The notes: generated by a model not told the origin, from the sequence alone. Counted from the stretch's first letter, positions 14,351 through 29,737 are shown. The stretch: DNA of 64,000 nucleotides from Eledone cirrhosa (GCA_964016885.1 OZ024747.1:2666001-2730000), one strand, 5' to 3'. Made by a program: numbers and translations.

Positions 14351-15472
14351 TTAGTTCAGCTCACTGTAAACTAATCTTCTACTGTACCACACAAGCTCTG
14401 TTACCTTACACTAACTTCTAGTATTATCTTCAAATTTACTTTCCAGCAGCATGCACCTAAATTCTTTAATCTTACCATAATTCATTGCTTAAATGTAATA
14501 GATTTTGTTCGATTTAATCCTTCACCCAGTTTTCCTTGCTGAATATTGATACATTATAGAAAGATTTGTTAGTATAAACAGTAGGCAATGTATGGAGGTA
14601 GTGTATGTAACATGTGTCTGTGTCTGTGTATGTATGGTTAAATACTTAGTTATAAAACCTTGAAATATGTAAGAAAACAAAACAAAACCAACTATTAAAA
14701 ACTAACTGTCTATCATTCTTTATTCTGACAAAACATTTTCATTTTTATTTCATATCTACTTATAAGCTTGCTTGCTTTTCTCAAAATGTTTCAGTCAATT
14801 TCTATGGCATTTCTTCAAAATATTCACAATTTCAATTCAATTAGAGAACATGTCTGTCTCTTGCAGCACTACATTCGGTCAACAGTATTATAACATATGG
14901 TAGTACTTCTTACTTAGGCTTCTGTTCATTATGCATTTGTAATGCAAAGTGTTATTTTACACACCTTCCTACATTCCACCAGCATTCTTTCTAGCTAGCT
15001 ACTTAGGTTGCTTTCCTTCTGTAATACTTATCTTTTCCGGTTGGCTGAATTAAACACACATGAATGATCAGGAAAAAATTATCCAATGTCACTGCATATT
15101 TTTGTGTTAGACTATAGGCTCTGTTGGTTATAAGGTTAAATGTCTTCTATTATAGTTTTTTTTCACTTTGTGAGGGAATCTAATTTATTGACTTTCCAAG
15201 AAAGAAGGCAGCTAATTAGTTTTAATTTATCAAAATACTTCACTGTTTATTCTCTTATTTCTATAGCTTTCCCCTACATTAGCTTTGCTGCAATATTCTT
15301 CATCCTATAACAAGTTACAATGCTCTTGTAAAACTAAAGTATATATATATATATAGAGAGAGAGACATGTATGTGTGTATATATATATATATATATGCAC
15401 ATACATGGCTATATATAATATATATACATAGATATATATTTTTATATATGTAATGTAAATGCATATATGTGA

Positions 15473-15806
15473 ATCATCATCGTCATCATCATCATTTTAC
15501 GTCCACTTTTCCCTGCTTGCAAGGGTGGGACAGGAACTGATTCTGGCTTGATTTCTACAGCTGGATTCCCTTCCTAACACCAACCTCATTTACAGTGAGT
15601 GCTGGGTGGTTTTTGCCGTGGCACCTCCACGACCACTTTGCAGTGGAATGATAGGGACCCCGATCCCTATAATCTCATTTCTACAGCTGAGTAAACTGGA
15701 GCAATGTGTCTTGCTCAAGAAAACAACACATCACCCGGTCTGAGAATTGAACTCACAACCTTTCGATTGCAAGGCCAATGCTCTAACCACTAAGCCATGT
15801 GCCTCC
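15473..15806 (-). mobile_element. tRNA-derived SINE with CORE-like domain and RTE-type 3' end
   Basis: A box TGGCTTAGTGG, B box GAGTTCAATTC, CTTGAGCAAGACAC core, GGACGTAAAA(TGA)n tail. Confidence 0.88.
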
Positions 15807-17834
15807 ATGATTATATATTTATTTATTTATTTATTTATTTAACCTGGGTTATTAAGACAACATAATTTTAATCAAAATACATAAGTTCAGTCATAGATTT
15901 CAATTTTGCTAATTTTTTGTTCAGTCTTAGTGAATAGGTTAAGTGATATAACTATATATAAAATGATAGTCAGAATATATAAACTATTAACTAGAGCAAT
16001 GTTCTCATATGGTACACCATGACAGCGAACCAGGAAGGCTGCAAAAATAATAAAATTATATTTTAAATATTAGAAAAAATACAAACTGGAATTCTCAATA
16101 TAAAACATTTTTGAAACTCACAAACATTAAATACAAACAAAAAAGAAAGAGATATGCTTCATCATATTGAAAATTAAATGAAGGGAAGGTATTTTTAACT
16201 TGGATATATCTAGATATAGAGAGCATCATCCAAAAAATATCAAGCTTATGTTTCTTATTGATAACTACACTTCATTTAATGCTGAATAAAGAAATAAGTA
16301 CTTAATCATTTTCTGCAGGTTATAGCTTAGATTATAAATATCCTTTTTAATAGATTTTTCTTTCTGTTCAAACTACATCCACTAAAATATTTTTATTTGC
16401 TCTAAAGTATGCTGCTAATGAAAATATCTTTAAGAAGAACTGTTCAAGAGGTTGGGAGATGAGTTAGGAATGTTCACTGTATGATAATCATTCTACACAC
16501 AGTTCTAGATGAAAGGCCCCACCGTCATAATCTGTCTCATTAGAGATAAGAAAGATTCCGGCAATTATCCAAAAAATATATCCCACAGTAGACACACATT
16601 GATTAATAAATATGTGAAGGTCTCAGGGGTCTTGGGATAGAAAATGAAAATCCTCTTAGGGAAGGTGATGAAGGAGGTTAAACAGTTGATGGTAATGAAT
16701 TTCATTATTTCAATAAATGCATGACAAAATGCCAACATTTAGCAAAAATCTCAGATCTATGTTTTTAAGTTCTTAGAATTACGATGGTTTTAAAGAACGA
16801 AAGTCTTCTCAGACATTCATACATTATAATGTCCATTCTCATATTTATATTTTATATTTTATATTTGCTGCATGGAACCTTGGGCAAATGTCTATTGCTA
16901 TAGTCTCAGGCTGGCCAATGCCTTGTTAACAGAGTTTCGTACATGGAGACTACTAAAACCTATCATCTATCTATCTGTCCATCCATCTGTATGTCTGCAT
17001 CTATGTATTTGTGTATGTTAGGTTGCTCTTCAGCACTATTGGTAACATGTAACCCAGTACAAACTGTGCATAGTTGAGTCATCAGCGACTAAACCAGCAA
17101 CCCCACCAGGGTGAGGAGGGTGATTTTGGACACCCTGCATAATTAAAAACAAAAATTGTCAAAGAGCAGAGAAATTCAGGAGAGTCAACAGCCATCCAAT
17201 AAAATATATTTTAAGGCGGCAGTGAAGTGAGCGTCCCCTACTCTTAGTTAGGACATCTCTCTAGGAGAAGGTCACTCTGATATAAAACCTGAGATTTTGT
17301 TTGTATCCAATGAAGTAGACTGGTTCTACTTTTTGAGTGAATGCATCCGATGTTCAGAGAGTGGGATTGGCTCCATGCAAAGCCTTTTCTCACTTAAAAA
17401 AAGCTTCAAGCACAGGCATCGCTTTATATGTGACATCTTTTGTGCTGCATGGCATGGCAAGTCAAAGGCAAGTCCCTAACAGGACTAAAAAGCCATGTCT
17501 GTGAGGCTTATGCTTAACTATCAAGCAATTTCATTACTCAAAATCGAGTTGCAGCCATTATATATATGTATATATATGGTCATGTGATGCACATGGACAA
17601 TGAGTGGTTGATGAAGAAATGCTAGGATATCCTAGTGAAAGGAAGCTGCAATAGAGGTAGACCAAGAAAGACCTGGGCAGATGTAATGTGAGCTGATCTG
17701 GAATTGCTAAGACTGGCAGAGGAGATGACGAAGGACCATGACAAGTGGAGAGGTGCCATGCTGAGAAGGACTCATCCAACCCATGCAAGTATGGAAAAGC
17801 AGATGTAAAAACGATAACAATGATTTTGATGGTG

Positions 17835-17882
<48 letters not shown>

Positions 17883-18101
17883 AGATATCGATATATATTA
17901 ATATATATATATATACATTCTTTTATTACATTGCTAGTTTTCGTCATTAGTTTGCTGTCATGCTGATCACCACCTTCATTTAGTCATTCATACATATTTT
18001 TTCAAAACTGGAACTTATTTTATCAGTTACTCTTTTTTCTTTTCTTGTCACACTGCTACATGAGATAAACACACAGATACAAATATAAACAGACATAGAG
18101 A

Positions 18102-18136
<35 letters not shown>

Positions 18137-18179
18137 CACACATATATGTATATAAATATATATATATATATGTATATAT

Positions 18180-18665
18180 AAGGTGCAGAGCACTAGAAGT
18201 CAATAGAAACCGCGGAGTGGGGAGACCTAAGAAGACCTGGGATGAGGTGATAAAAGCCGACCTTACCCAATTACACCTCTCAAAGGCGATGACACATGAC
18301 CGTGACCTCTGGCATCATGCAGTAATACAGAGTACCCGACCTCCCATGGGTACAAGCTGAAGCATATAGACAATATGCCCCCACACTCTCCCACTGCAAA
18401 GTGGTCATGGAGGTGCCACAGCAAAAAAGCACCCAGCCCACACTGCAAAGTGGTCGTGGAGGCACCACGGAAAAAACACCCAGCACTCACTGTAAATGAG
18501 GTTGGTGTTAGGAAGGGCATCCAGCTGTAGAAATCAAGCCAAAACCAGTTCCTGTATGAGCAAGGCAAGGTCAACCGACCAGACACTGCCCACAACAGGA
18601 CAACCCGTCTAACCCATGCTAGCATGAAAGAACGGACGTAAAACGGTGATGATGATGATGATGAT
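18180..18665 (+). mobile_element. Chimera of RTE 3' fragment, SINE body fragment and RTE tail
   Basis: GRPKKTWDEVIKADL-coding segment, SINE-shared GGTGTTAGGAAGGGCATCCAGCTG, ACCCATGCTAGCATG..GGACGTAAAA(GAT)n. Confidence 0.75.
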
Positions 18666-18700
18666 ACATGTATATACATATATACACATATATATATATG

Positions 18701-18771
<71 letters not shown>

Positions 18772-18790
18772 ATATACATATATGTGTGTG

Positions 18791-18839
<49 letters not shown>

Positions 18840-19882
18840 TTGCAAGCAGGGAAAAAGTAGACGTAAAATGATGATGATGATGATGATGATGATGATATAT
18901 ACACATATATGTGTGTGTGTGTGTGTGTGTGTGTACAGATCTATAAAAATATGTATATATACAATTACACTGGATTCCTGCAGTTTCCATCAACCAAATT
19001 CAACTCACAAGTCATTGGCATTTCGTGTTCATTGTTTTCTAATGTAAGATTTTAAAATACAGATTTTTATATCCTATATATTAGTGCAGATATGTCATTT
19101 GTGCTATACTTTAGCTGTCAGAATAATTAACATGTAAGAATATTTTGATCTCACTCTCTTCTAAATAAGTAAAGAATTTGAGAAAACTTCCATTGTTTTT
19201 TTTTTTATAGATTAATGTTTTGTTCTTGAACATAACTCTCAGTTTTTGTTAACCATGCCAAATATCATATTATATAACCATGCCAGGTAAATTATATATC
19301 ACATCACCCATTAAATATATACATATGTGTTACTGTGCTAACATGATATCTTACACACTACAATGCTTCTTCTTCTTCTTCTTCTTCTTCTTCTTCTTCT
19401 TCTTCTTCTTCTTCTTCTTCTTCTTGTGCCATCATAATGTTTTTCTTGATGTTAACCCCTGTGCTGAGTAAAGAAATAATTATTACTTTGGCTTGGCAGC
19501 ATTGGTAGAGCATTGGACACCATGGCATATTTACATACCTTTAAATTTTGAGTTCAAATACTGCCAAAAATTGCTTTGCCTTTCATCCTTACATTGTTAA
19601 AATAAAGTACCAGTCAGAAACTGGGGTTGATTTAATCCACCAATTTACTGGCCTTGTGTCTATAGTAGAAACCATTATTTCTTTGATATTATATTTTATA
19701 TTTATATTTTACATATTGCTTCAGAAAGTATTCAATGATAATTATGAAGCCAACTATAGAACCTATAACTGTTGCTGGGAAAATTCCCTTACACCTCTTC
19801 TTGTTGCTGTTATTGCTGTCTGTTTATCTGTCATGAATCTCTAAATATCTTTTCAATATGTTTGTCTTTTTTTTTCCTTCAG

Positions 19883-20166
19883 GTTTCAAGCCTTACAAAC
19901 AAAAAAAACTCCACACTACAGGTTCAATGTCTTTACCTCAGATACTAAATAAACCAGCAGAAACAAAAACAACAGCTGGTTATTGCCTTGACCAAAAAGA
20001 TTCTGTCCAGAATTCCCATTGCAATGATGTGATTGATTTGAAATCAATTCGTGTAAACACTTCCAGTTCTACCATACCTACACAGTTGTGGAATTTACCA
20101 AGCAGGAATAGTTTCACATCATATGCCAAACCACTTCCCGCAGTACCCAAAATACCTAACATATAA
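19883..20166 (+). CDS. Terminal coding exon of an upstream gene, probably the cytoplasmic C-terminus of the preceding protocadherin
   Basis: Strong acceptor TTTTTTTTTCCTTCAG at 19881-19882. Phase-1 open frame (G)FKPYKQKK..LWNLPSRNSFTSYAKPLPAVPKIPNI* is non-repetitive and S/T/P-rich, followed by AT-rich UTR-like sequence with AATAAA near 20984. Protocadherin identity is inferred from position and orientation. Confidence 0.65.
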
Positions 20167-20287
20167 AATGCAGATTTGGTACAAAACTCACTAAAACGTT
20201 GAATTGACTCACAAACTACTGTGTTTATTTTCGCGTTTTTTTATACAAGGTCAAACTAAATTATTTACTGCTGGCCTCAGTGTTGAG

Positions 20288-20330
<43 letters not shown>

Positions 20331-23300
20331 GGTTGAACAATGAAGGTCAGATTCAGTGTAAACACCTATATATATATATATACACTGTGATATTATATAA
20401 AGCAGACCTATGTACATTTGTGATATACTTCAATATGAAATTGTTCTTTGAATATTTTACTATCAGTGGCACATGTTAAGAGGAAAAAAAAGGAATTTTC
20501 TATTTATCTGTTCAAAATATGTGATGTTATCAAACATTTTCCTTTTAATAGAGGAATACTCATTTAAACCATTTTAGTTGACAGTTTTCTTCTTTCTTTC
20601 TTCCTCTACTTTTTCTTTCTTCTCTTCTTTTCTTCTTTCTGCCTTTCTCCTTTCTTTCTTTATGTATTTCTTTCTTATTATTTGTTTTTCTTTTGTCTTT
20701 TCTGCTCGTCTTTCTTTCCTTCCCCCTTTCCTTCTCTTGATTATCCCAAGTTTACAGATTCAAATATGATGAGTTGTAAACCTAAATAAGACATTCATAA
20801 TTACATCAGTTTAATTTGATGTCACAGATCATCAACATACAAGCTGAACCATCTCAATCATCACAATAACAAATACATTACATTTCTATGGATTTATAAC
20901 CACTCACTTTTCACTTATTATTTGCATTGTTTCAGTTCTCTTTTAGATTTGTCTCTTGTTAAATATGTGGTGCTGATAAGAGGAATAAATTTAATGGTCA
21001 TTCTATCATTCTAGTTTAGAATTTGTATTAAGCTTAGAAGAATCATTATTCCTTCTGGTAAGTAATGTCTTGCTATATTAAAGGTAATGTTCTCTTCTTC
21101 AACAAATGACCACCTTAAACAGATTGAGAGTTATTTATGTAATAGTAAACATCTTTCCAAAAACTAAGTGGCTTTAGCTATCTATCAAATCATCACGCCA
21201 TATTAAAGTATTATTATTTTTTATTATTAAGGCATAATGAATAAGAAATTATACTCACACATACGCACGCACACATACACACTCATAAACTATACACATG
21301 TGAAGAAGAAAACACTGTTTTTTTGCCCTTAAACTATTCCAATAAAACTTTTCTATAAACATAAACATTGTTATCTATTTTTTCTTGTCAGATTTAAACA
21401 GATTCCATCACAGTAATTTCTCTAATTTTATTATGAAGAATATTTAAGATTATAAGATTTGGTTTTATTATTATAGTTCTCAGCTTTCTAATACCTTGAT
21501 AATGTTTTAAAGCATTGTACAAATATTAAGCAAATATAACTTGGAGCCAAAAATGAAGAAATATTTTAAACAAAAGACAAACAATTACAGCTTCTTAACA
21601 TTGTTAAGCAACGTTCTGGCTCTCTCATTTGTTTAGCTGACTACTTACAAAGAGAAAAGAGGGTTTTGCTTCTAGTTAAATAGTTTCCTGAATATAACAT
21701 GTAGTTGAATGAGCTAGGGAATAGATAAAGAAAGAAAATGATTAACAAATTATTAATTTATTTCATTGCTTCCTTTTATGTTGAGTAGTTTGAAATATTT
21801 ACAAATTTCAGAAACAAGGATTTAATCTTATACACAAAATACTCATAAATAAATCACTCTAATTTTTGACGAACCAGTCATTAATATAAATCTTATTTAT
21901 TAAATCATTATTATCATCATCATCTTCATCATTATCATTGTCACTGCCATCATCATAATCATCATCATGGTTTTTATTTTCATCATAATTATCATCAAAT
22001 TCATCACCTTTGCAAATTCATCACCTATTCATAAATATTGTCATCATCATTGTCATCATCCTTATGATTATTATATTGTGTTCAGTGTCACCTTAATAAC
22101 CATCATTGTTGTCTTAGTATTCACCATCACCACTGTCACCAACGCCACCACTACCACCAACATCACCACCAACTCACTGTCAACATCGATGATGATGATA
22201 TATATTGCTAACACATTACCGAGTGTATAGGTTTCTTTGTGAACATACATGTCTTTTTATGTTGTGTTTATTGATTCTTTCAAGAAATTAGTATGTTCAT
22301 ATTGTGCTAAAAGATATTATGAGATTCTTGTTTCTAGACATGACATAAACTTGACAGAAGGAATAGTATTTCTTGCTTGATAGTAAAACGCATCAAAAAG
22401 GTCTCCTCTTTGTTCTTGTGATCAGAAGAAAAATAGAACTCGCTATAAAAGATGCACAAGAGGAATGTACTCTATAAAAGCAAGTATTATTTTTATATAT
22501 TGATTTCTCTCTTTGAAATTTTATTTCATTTGTTAAGATTAAAGAATATCAATTTTATTGGTAACATTGATTTCCATTTGAAATCCTACTGTGATATGTA
22601 GCACAAATTTCTATAGGTTTATAAGACTTTTCTTTCTCATTCCACCTTAAGAGCCTCTATTGGTCATACTTTAGAAAATGGCTGATCTACAATAGATTTT
22701 TCCTAAGCACCGAGAAATGCTTAGCTTTTTGAAAGATAAATCTATTTTACCTTTATCAAAGATATATATATATATACACACACATACACACATATATATA
22801 TATGTGTATGTATACATATATACACAACGCACACACACATATATATATAATTTTAATTCTACAATAAGCTAGTAGATAATTACAGTGAAGTTTTAAAATA
22901 AAATATAATTGAATAATTATTTTTTGTTGTTGCCAGCCTATGCTCTTTTTAACAAAATGTTATTTCATAAAACTATATTCAAGTAACATAATAAAATTGG
23001 GAAATCTTGCTGTAATGTATAATTATATATTTACAACACTAAATAGAATGGCAAAGATTGATTTTATTTTTGGACAGTTAAATTTTGTCATTCAATATTA
23101 TATGTTAAACCTTTAACAGTGTTATATAGTTCATTCAGTTTGAAGCGTTGTATTGATATATACAGTTTGTAATTCATCAAGGAATGCATATTACATGAAC
23201 AATTTCTAAATGTCAGTGTATCTGACATGATATTGAACACTGATGCAGATTATCCAAGTGAAATCTCAAATTCTAGGATTTCACCAATTATCTGTTTATC

Positions 23301-26300
23301 ATAAATCAAATTGTTCATTTGACAAAGGCTACTGTATATGAATATATTATAAATACAACATTGAAAACTTAATTAATGCAGGTGGGAAATATATATCATA
23401 AAATAAATTCAGATGTTGAGATGTGTTTCGAGCAAGGCTCTTTAATGAAATATGAAATATGTATAGAGGTTGAAAATACAGTTAGGGAGCATATAGAAAG
23501 GGTTTTTTGTTTTTATATAAAGCACTGTTTGTGATCATATCAAGCATATTTCAAATAATTAAGTTAATAAACTCACAACAAAGATTAAAAGAATAAAACT
23601 CAGTAAAAAATATAATCAATTACTCCGTTTTCTTCTTGAATATTCTTTTAAAGTTTCATTCATCAGATTGCAGCCATGCTGGAGCACTCTCTTCAAGGGT
23701 TTCCTTCATTATATCGATCTCATTACTTATTTTAAAATCTGACACATATTTTATTGATCTCTGTTTGTTGAACTGCTAGTTTACAAGATTTAAACATGGA
23801 CACACACATATATATATGCACACACACACCATATGCACAAGGACACACACTCATGACACAATTCTGCACAGTTTCCATTTCCTAAATTCCACTCACAAGG
23901 CATTGGTCAACATGTGACAATAGAAGAAAACACTTGGCCAAACCTGTAACTAACATAGCCATACCTGCACCTATGTATTAAATCATAATATATATTAGTT
24001 TCAAATAAACTGGTTTCAATTGATATAAAAGTTTTTGGACTAACAATTACACAAAGATCTTTTTCTTTTTAACTCATCACTCCATTGAAGTTGAAGCCTT
24101 CATTTTTCTTTTTTTAATGGCTAGATTATATGTGGCTCACCACACTTGCATACTTGTAGATTTCTTTGCTAAATGGAGCAGTTGTGCCAACTCATTGTTG
24201 AATTAATAGTCAATGAGTGCTCAGTTAATGAAACTGATGATCATCACATGAGCTACTGCTACTATGAGACAAGCAGGATTTTTATCAAGGAATACTCCTC
24301 TAGATTCAACCTGTTCTGCTAGACTATCCTATTCTAGTCATATCAGAGGCACCTTGTAAAGGATGTGGCTTTTCATTGATACAAAGATAGTAGGGATATT
24401 TATATGAATCTTTATGAATTAGAATTTGTAAAGCCATATAGTATGTTTTCATTTTATTAAACTTTGACTATGGTTAAATTATAAATTTATAATTTACTGC
24501 TATTTGATCCCTAAATTATACCTGAAACTCTTTTAAATTGCTACATGAAAATATATAAAACTACAATTCATGACAGTTTGGTTGTGTTATAAATAAAATC
24601 AAAACTGAGCGATATAAGATTTTAACTCATTTGATACCAGCTTCCCTTTAGTCCTATTATAGAAAACATACTGTATTATAGTGTTCACAATTAATATATA
24701 ACCTTCAATAATAATTCTATATAAGAGATTTTGTTATGTCATGTTCCAAACACCATTTTCATAGTGAAAAAAGAATTTTAAACTCAATTCCTTCAAATTC
24801 CTGATTAATTGAAATAAGTAAGCAGTATATTTCAATAAAGATATGCTAATGAAAGGGTTAAACAAGATCCTTGCTAGGGTATACTTCAGAGAGGAGAGAT
24901 AATTATCTGTTTATTAATTGTATATTTATGATTTTAACAGTAGTGCAAAATATATTACTTCAGAAGTATCTTTAATTTTCCTACCTGGTGTTTTACAGGA
25001 GCAGTGGTGTTTAAAACAACCATACTGCTTTTAGTGTTCAATGCAATCAATTAGAAGACTCTAGAAGACAGTGATGTAGGGTAAGACCTTATAGTATTGA
25101 TTGAAAGAGATCTAAGGCAAATAGTAAGAGGATTTATGCCATTAACAAAGCCAATCAAATGCTCTGCTGGTTGAGTCCAGCAGTGGTCAGCCAAGAGAAA
25201 GATATATCAATTGGTCTGTATTAAACCTAGCTACATTCACATTTAGAATATGTAGAAGCAGCATGGTAACAAAATCTGGCAAAAAATGTAAATTCTTTGG
25301 AAGCAGTTCAACTGTATGGAATCAAATCTAAACCTCATGAAGAGCTATACTTCAGAATATGCCAACTGCCATATTTGCCTGACTGCTGCAGCTGGGGAGT
25401 TGCTATTGGAGTCTGTAAGACTGAATAATGTCTCAAGACTCAATACTGGTTTCTTCCAGGAGATTAGGCACCAGTTTAGCGTGAGAACAAATGGGAGAGG
25501 GGATTATTTCCCAAGTCCCTTGCTAGTAAAATTATTCTGCTAATATCAGTCAAACAGAAAGCAGTGAAGCTGAACAATCTACTGGACAATGTCCGGTAAA
25601 TCAAAATAAGGGATACATTTAAAGGCCTTCTATAAGATCAATATTTAGCACTAAGTAAATATATCTCAAGCAGCTCTTCTGTTGCTAATTTTAACTGGCT
25701 TTTCCAATATCCATCGATAAAGGTTTGTTTTTTTAAAATCTAATTTAAAAGATTCAACATTCCAAAAATATAATTCTATAAAAAAGAAAGAAAAAATAGA
25801 TTAAAAGTATATCTTGAGCACACCTACAACATAATCATAGATACTCTTAAAGATGCTTAAACTGGTTGCATCGATAATATAGTGATACCAACATTACTAA
25901 TTACTTTCTTTGCACTTAGTCTATAAATTTCATTAGCTTAAACAGACACTGACAATATGATTTCATTATTGTGTCAGTAAGAAAAGATAGAGAGAGGAAA
26001 AAAGAGAGAAATTTTAATATAATTCAATAAAGAAGTAAAAACTTTTTTCCATTCTGGAGATAAGAAAATCTTTCATTAAAATAGATATTGTCTGCTAAAC
26101 AAGTGTGAAAAATAGCTATAAAAAAAAGGAAAACTTAATGTAAGTAAAGAATCAATAAATTCCTACTTTTTTTTACATTGATCATTTACTTGCGGACATA
26201 AATCCATATACGCTGAACTTTGATTCAGATAACTATAAGCCTTTGAAAAGGTAATATTATAGATAATTCATGTCCCCTTATTTATTATTTTTTGTTTTAA

Positions 26301-26689
26301 ATATTTTTAGAAATATATGTCAATAAATATATATAGTTATAATGAGATGCTTTCAGTGGCCAGAGAATTTACCTTGAAAAATGTTTGATTCCATAAGAAC
26401 TGACAAATAGACTGCGGATAACTTATTGTTGAATCTATTAAATAGTTTTCTTTTGACAGATATTGAATTTAAATTGATTTATCTGAAAAGCTGTTTATTA
26501 ACAGTCAGTGTTATTTAATTATGGAAAAATGAATAGTATTTCAAAAATGTATTGTGAAACTAAATTATAGCTGCAATTTGAATGTAGGAGGAAAGAAAGT
26601 GTATAAGAATTGATATAATTCTGTGACTCAATCCTTCAGATAATCTACTTCTCTACTACAAGAAATACAGGCAGGGCTTCCGTTTCCCT

Positions 26690-26981
26690 TCCATGGGAAC
26701 CACAAGCAGCCTGTCATTGGCTGTAGCAGACATTACATTCACTTTACACTAGATAGGACTGCAGACCTCTTTCACTCTCTCACTCACACATTCACTCACT
26801 CACTCTCTCACTCTCTCACTTCACTTTTACTGCTCTCTTCCTAGCTGATGCTCACACAACACAGACCAAGCCACATATAACACTAGCAGCATACAACAGC
26901 AGCTAGCATTAATACAACTCTACAGCAGGATACACTTCGAATCTTAAGAAAACTTTGATGGATTTACCTGAATCAGTGAGT
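26690..26981 (+). promoter_or_regulatory. Candidate promoter and non-coding first exon of the protocadherin
   Basis: Local GC rise, X-box-like CCATGGGAAC (26691-26700), reverse CCAAT box ATTGG (26716-26720), CT/CA-rich leader, donor GTGAGT at 26976. The link to the main exon crosses the assembly gap. Confidence 0.5.
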
Positions 26982-27718
26982 AAATGTTTCTTTTGTACTT
27001 TTGATTAATTATAACCAGTAATATTGTTGAAATAATTGACTTAAGTTATTAATTTAAGTTATAAATATATAACAAAAACATACATTTCTATCATTCTGTA
27101 TAAAACTTAATCCTGTTGATATGATTTCTACAATTTTGGAAAGATGTTTATTTTAGTAATTTAAAAATATATTTTGCAGGAATTTTGATAATATTATATA
27201 GGAATTTACTGAAGTACTCAGTAAATCAAAGAGAAATGACTTATTTAGTGGGGGTTTTTAATTGAAAAGTATAAAACAGTTTCCTTAGGGTACAGAAGAA
27301 ATAAGAGGATAACCATGCAACTATGATATTGGTCATATTATTCAATAGTTTTAGCCTGTTATATGTATATTTATTTATTAATGTATAACTTTGTTTATAT
27401 ATATCTATGTATGTGAGTGAGTGTGTAGGTGTAGTGTGTGTCAGTATAGTGTGAGAGAGAGGAGGGAGATAGAAGAAGGGCACCTGATTGTGTGTATGCT
27501 TTTTGGTTCCTAAGTTTGTTTTGGTCATCAGGGCTAAGGACAGGCTGGAGCACTGTTTTGAAATAAGTATGTACTTATAATAAGTAGACCTTGTATGTAT
27601 ATATATATGAGTGTATGGACATTTATGTGAAAGTATTTATATGTATATAGAATTAGGGTGAAAGCAGAAATTATTTCCTTAAACTCTAATCTGTGCTAAT
27701 AATAAATATTTGCACTAT

Positions 27719-28087
<369 letters not shown>

Positions 28088-28106
28088 ATATATATATATG
28101 CACACA

Positions 28107-28298
28107 CAATGATTAAATAAATGGAAACTATATTTATAAAACCATATTTATTCTATTATATATATTTCAAGGGTACCCTTGAAATATATATAATAGAATA
28201 AATATGGTTTTATAAATATAGTTTCCATTTATTTAATATCATTGAATACTTACTCCAGAAATCTGTCGAGTGCTCTGAATCAGTTATAAACATCTACA
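28107..28298 (+). mobile_element. Small fold-back element, family B
   Basis: Near-perfect palindrome 28107-28244 centred on GGGTACCC, containing GAAA-TATA-TA (possible 3' half of a hammerhead); tail ends CATCTACA. Confidence 0.7.
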
Positions 28299-28315
28299 TA
28301 TATATATAGAGAGAG

Positions 28316-28487
28316 ATATTTAATATAGAAAGGCTTCTACAGGACTTCCTGATGATTTCTCCAGAATTAAACAGTTCTAGTCCTGTAGAAGCCTTTCTAT
28401 ATTAAATATTTATTCTCAGCTTTGTATTGAGTACCTTACTTATTGTGGTTACCCCCTCCTCCCCCGATTGAACCCGGGATAAACACT

Positions 28488-28490
<3 letters not shown>
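28316..28490 (+). mobile_element. Small fold-back element, family C, with degenerate hammerhead core
   Basis: Arms 28316-28346 and 28379-28409 enclose CTGATGA..TAAACAGTT; the tail is homologous to 30430-30490. Confidence 0.7.
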
Positions 28491-28568
<78 letters not shown>

Positions 28569-29110
28569 ATATATATATATATACAATCATTATCAACCTC
28601 TCTTTAGATTTTGGTCTTTGTATTTATTATTACTATATATATATATATATGTGTGTGTGTGTGCATGTGTAATTATATATATGCAGTTACACATGCATAT
28701 TATTGAGCTAAGTTAGGAAGTAAAAGTAGTAAAAGAGGCGAAGGGTGGAATACACATGTGTGTATATAAATACACATCTGTTGTTCAACTTATATGATAG
28801 AGAGAATATAAACACATGTGTGAGTATTTATGTGTATCAGATATCCTGCTTATTACTACAAATCATAGTGTCTGACAACTTAATTGACGATGTATATGCA
28901 CACATACATACAATGATATATGAATACACGCACACACACATATACATATATATACACATATATATATGTATATATTTGGATATTTATATACATGTGTGTG
29001 TGTATATATATGTATGTAAATATATATATATACATACACACGTGTTTGTATATATACAAAAATGCATATATATGTGTATGTATATATATTTACACACACA
29101 CACACAAATG

Positions 29111-29165
<55 letters not shown>

Positions 29166-29737
29166 AGTTTTCTATTACTGGATGTATTCCTGTCACTATC
29201 CACTTTACAGAGAATACTGGATACTTTTTAGTATATCATCAATGCTTGAAAAGTTGTTGTGGTCTTGACACAACAAAGCAGTCCTCTTGACTCATGTTTA
29301 TCCTGATCTCTACAGCTGGATACTTGATGTGAATACTTACAGTGAATACTTGATGGCTCTTTTGTGACATCAACAATAGAGAGGTTGGCTTGTTATAACT
29401 GAAGTGGCATCTCAATTTATTTTGTGTCATGGTTCTACTGCAAATATAGTTGCCACATTGCAGATAACTATATTAATATTTGAATATATCAGGTAAAGTT
29501 CCTGTGGAGATGGAAAAGGTAAACAAAAGTGCTTGCAGGCAATCAAATTCTGCAATTATTATATGAATGCCTTATGAAAGATGCATGGTTCAAGTCCTTG
29601 CAGACATCTCTGTCCATTTTCTTCTATCACCCGAGACACTTTACTTGATTTATTCAACTATTATTCATAGTTATCTGCATTGTATATATTTTCAAATATC
29701 AATTTTCCAAATGATATATATATATATATATATATAT

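Noticed and set aside
15720-15806. tRNA-like A/B boxes here and in other copies as tRNA genes
   Set aside because: They are SINE heads continuing into SINE bodies and tails, with no full cloverleaf.
23270-23490. Faint resemblance to a decayed cadherin EC1
   Set aside because: No DRE or DxNDN motifs recoverable; the similarity is not convincing.
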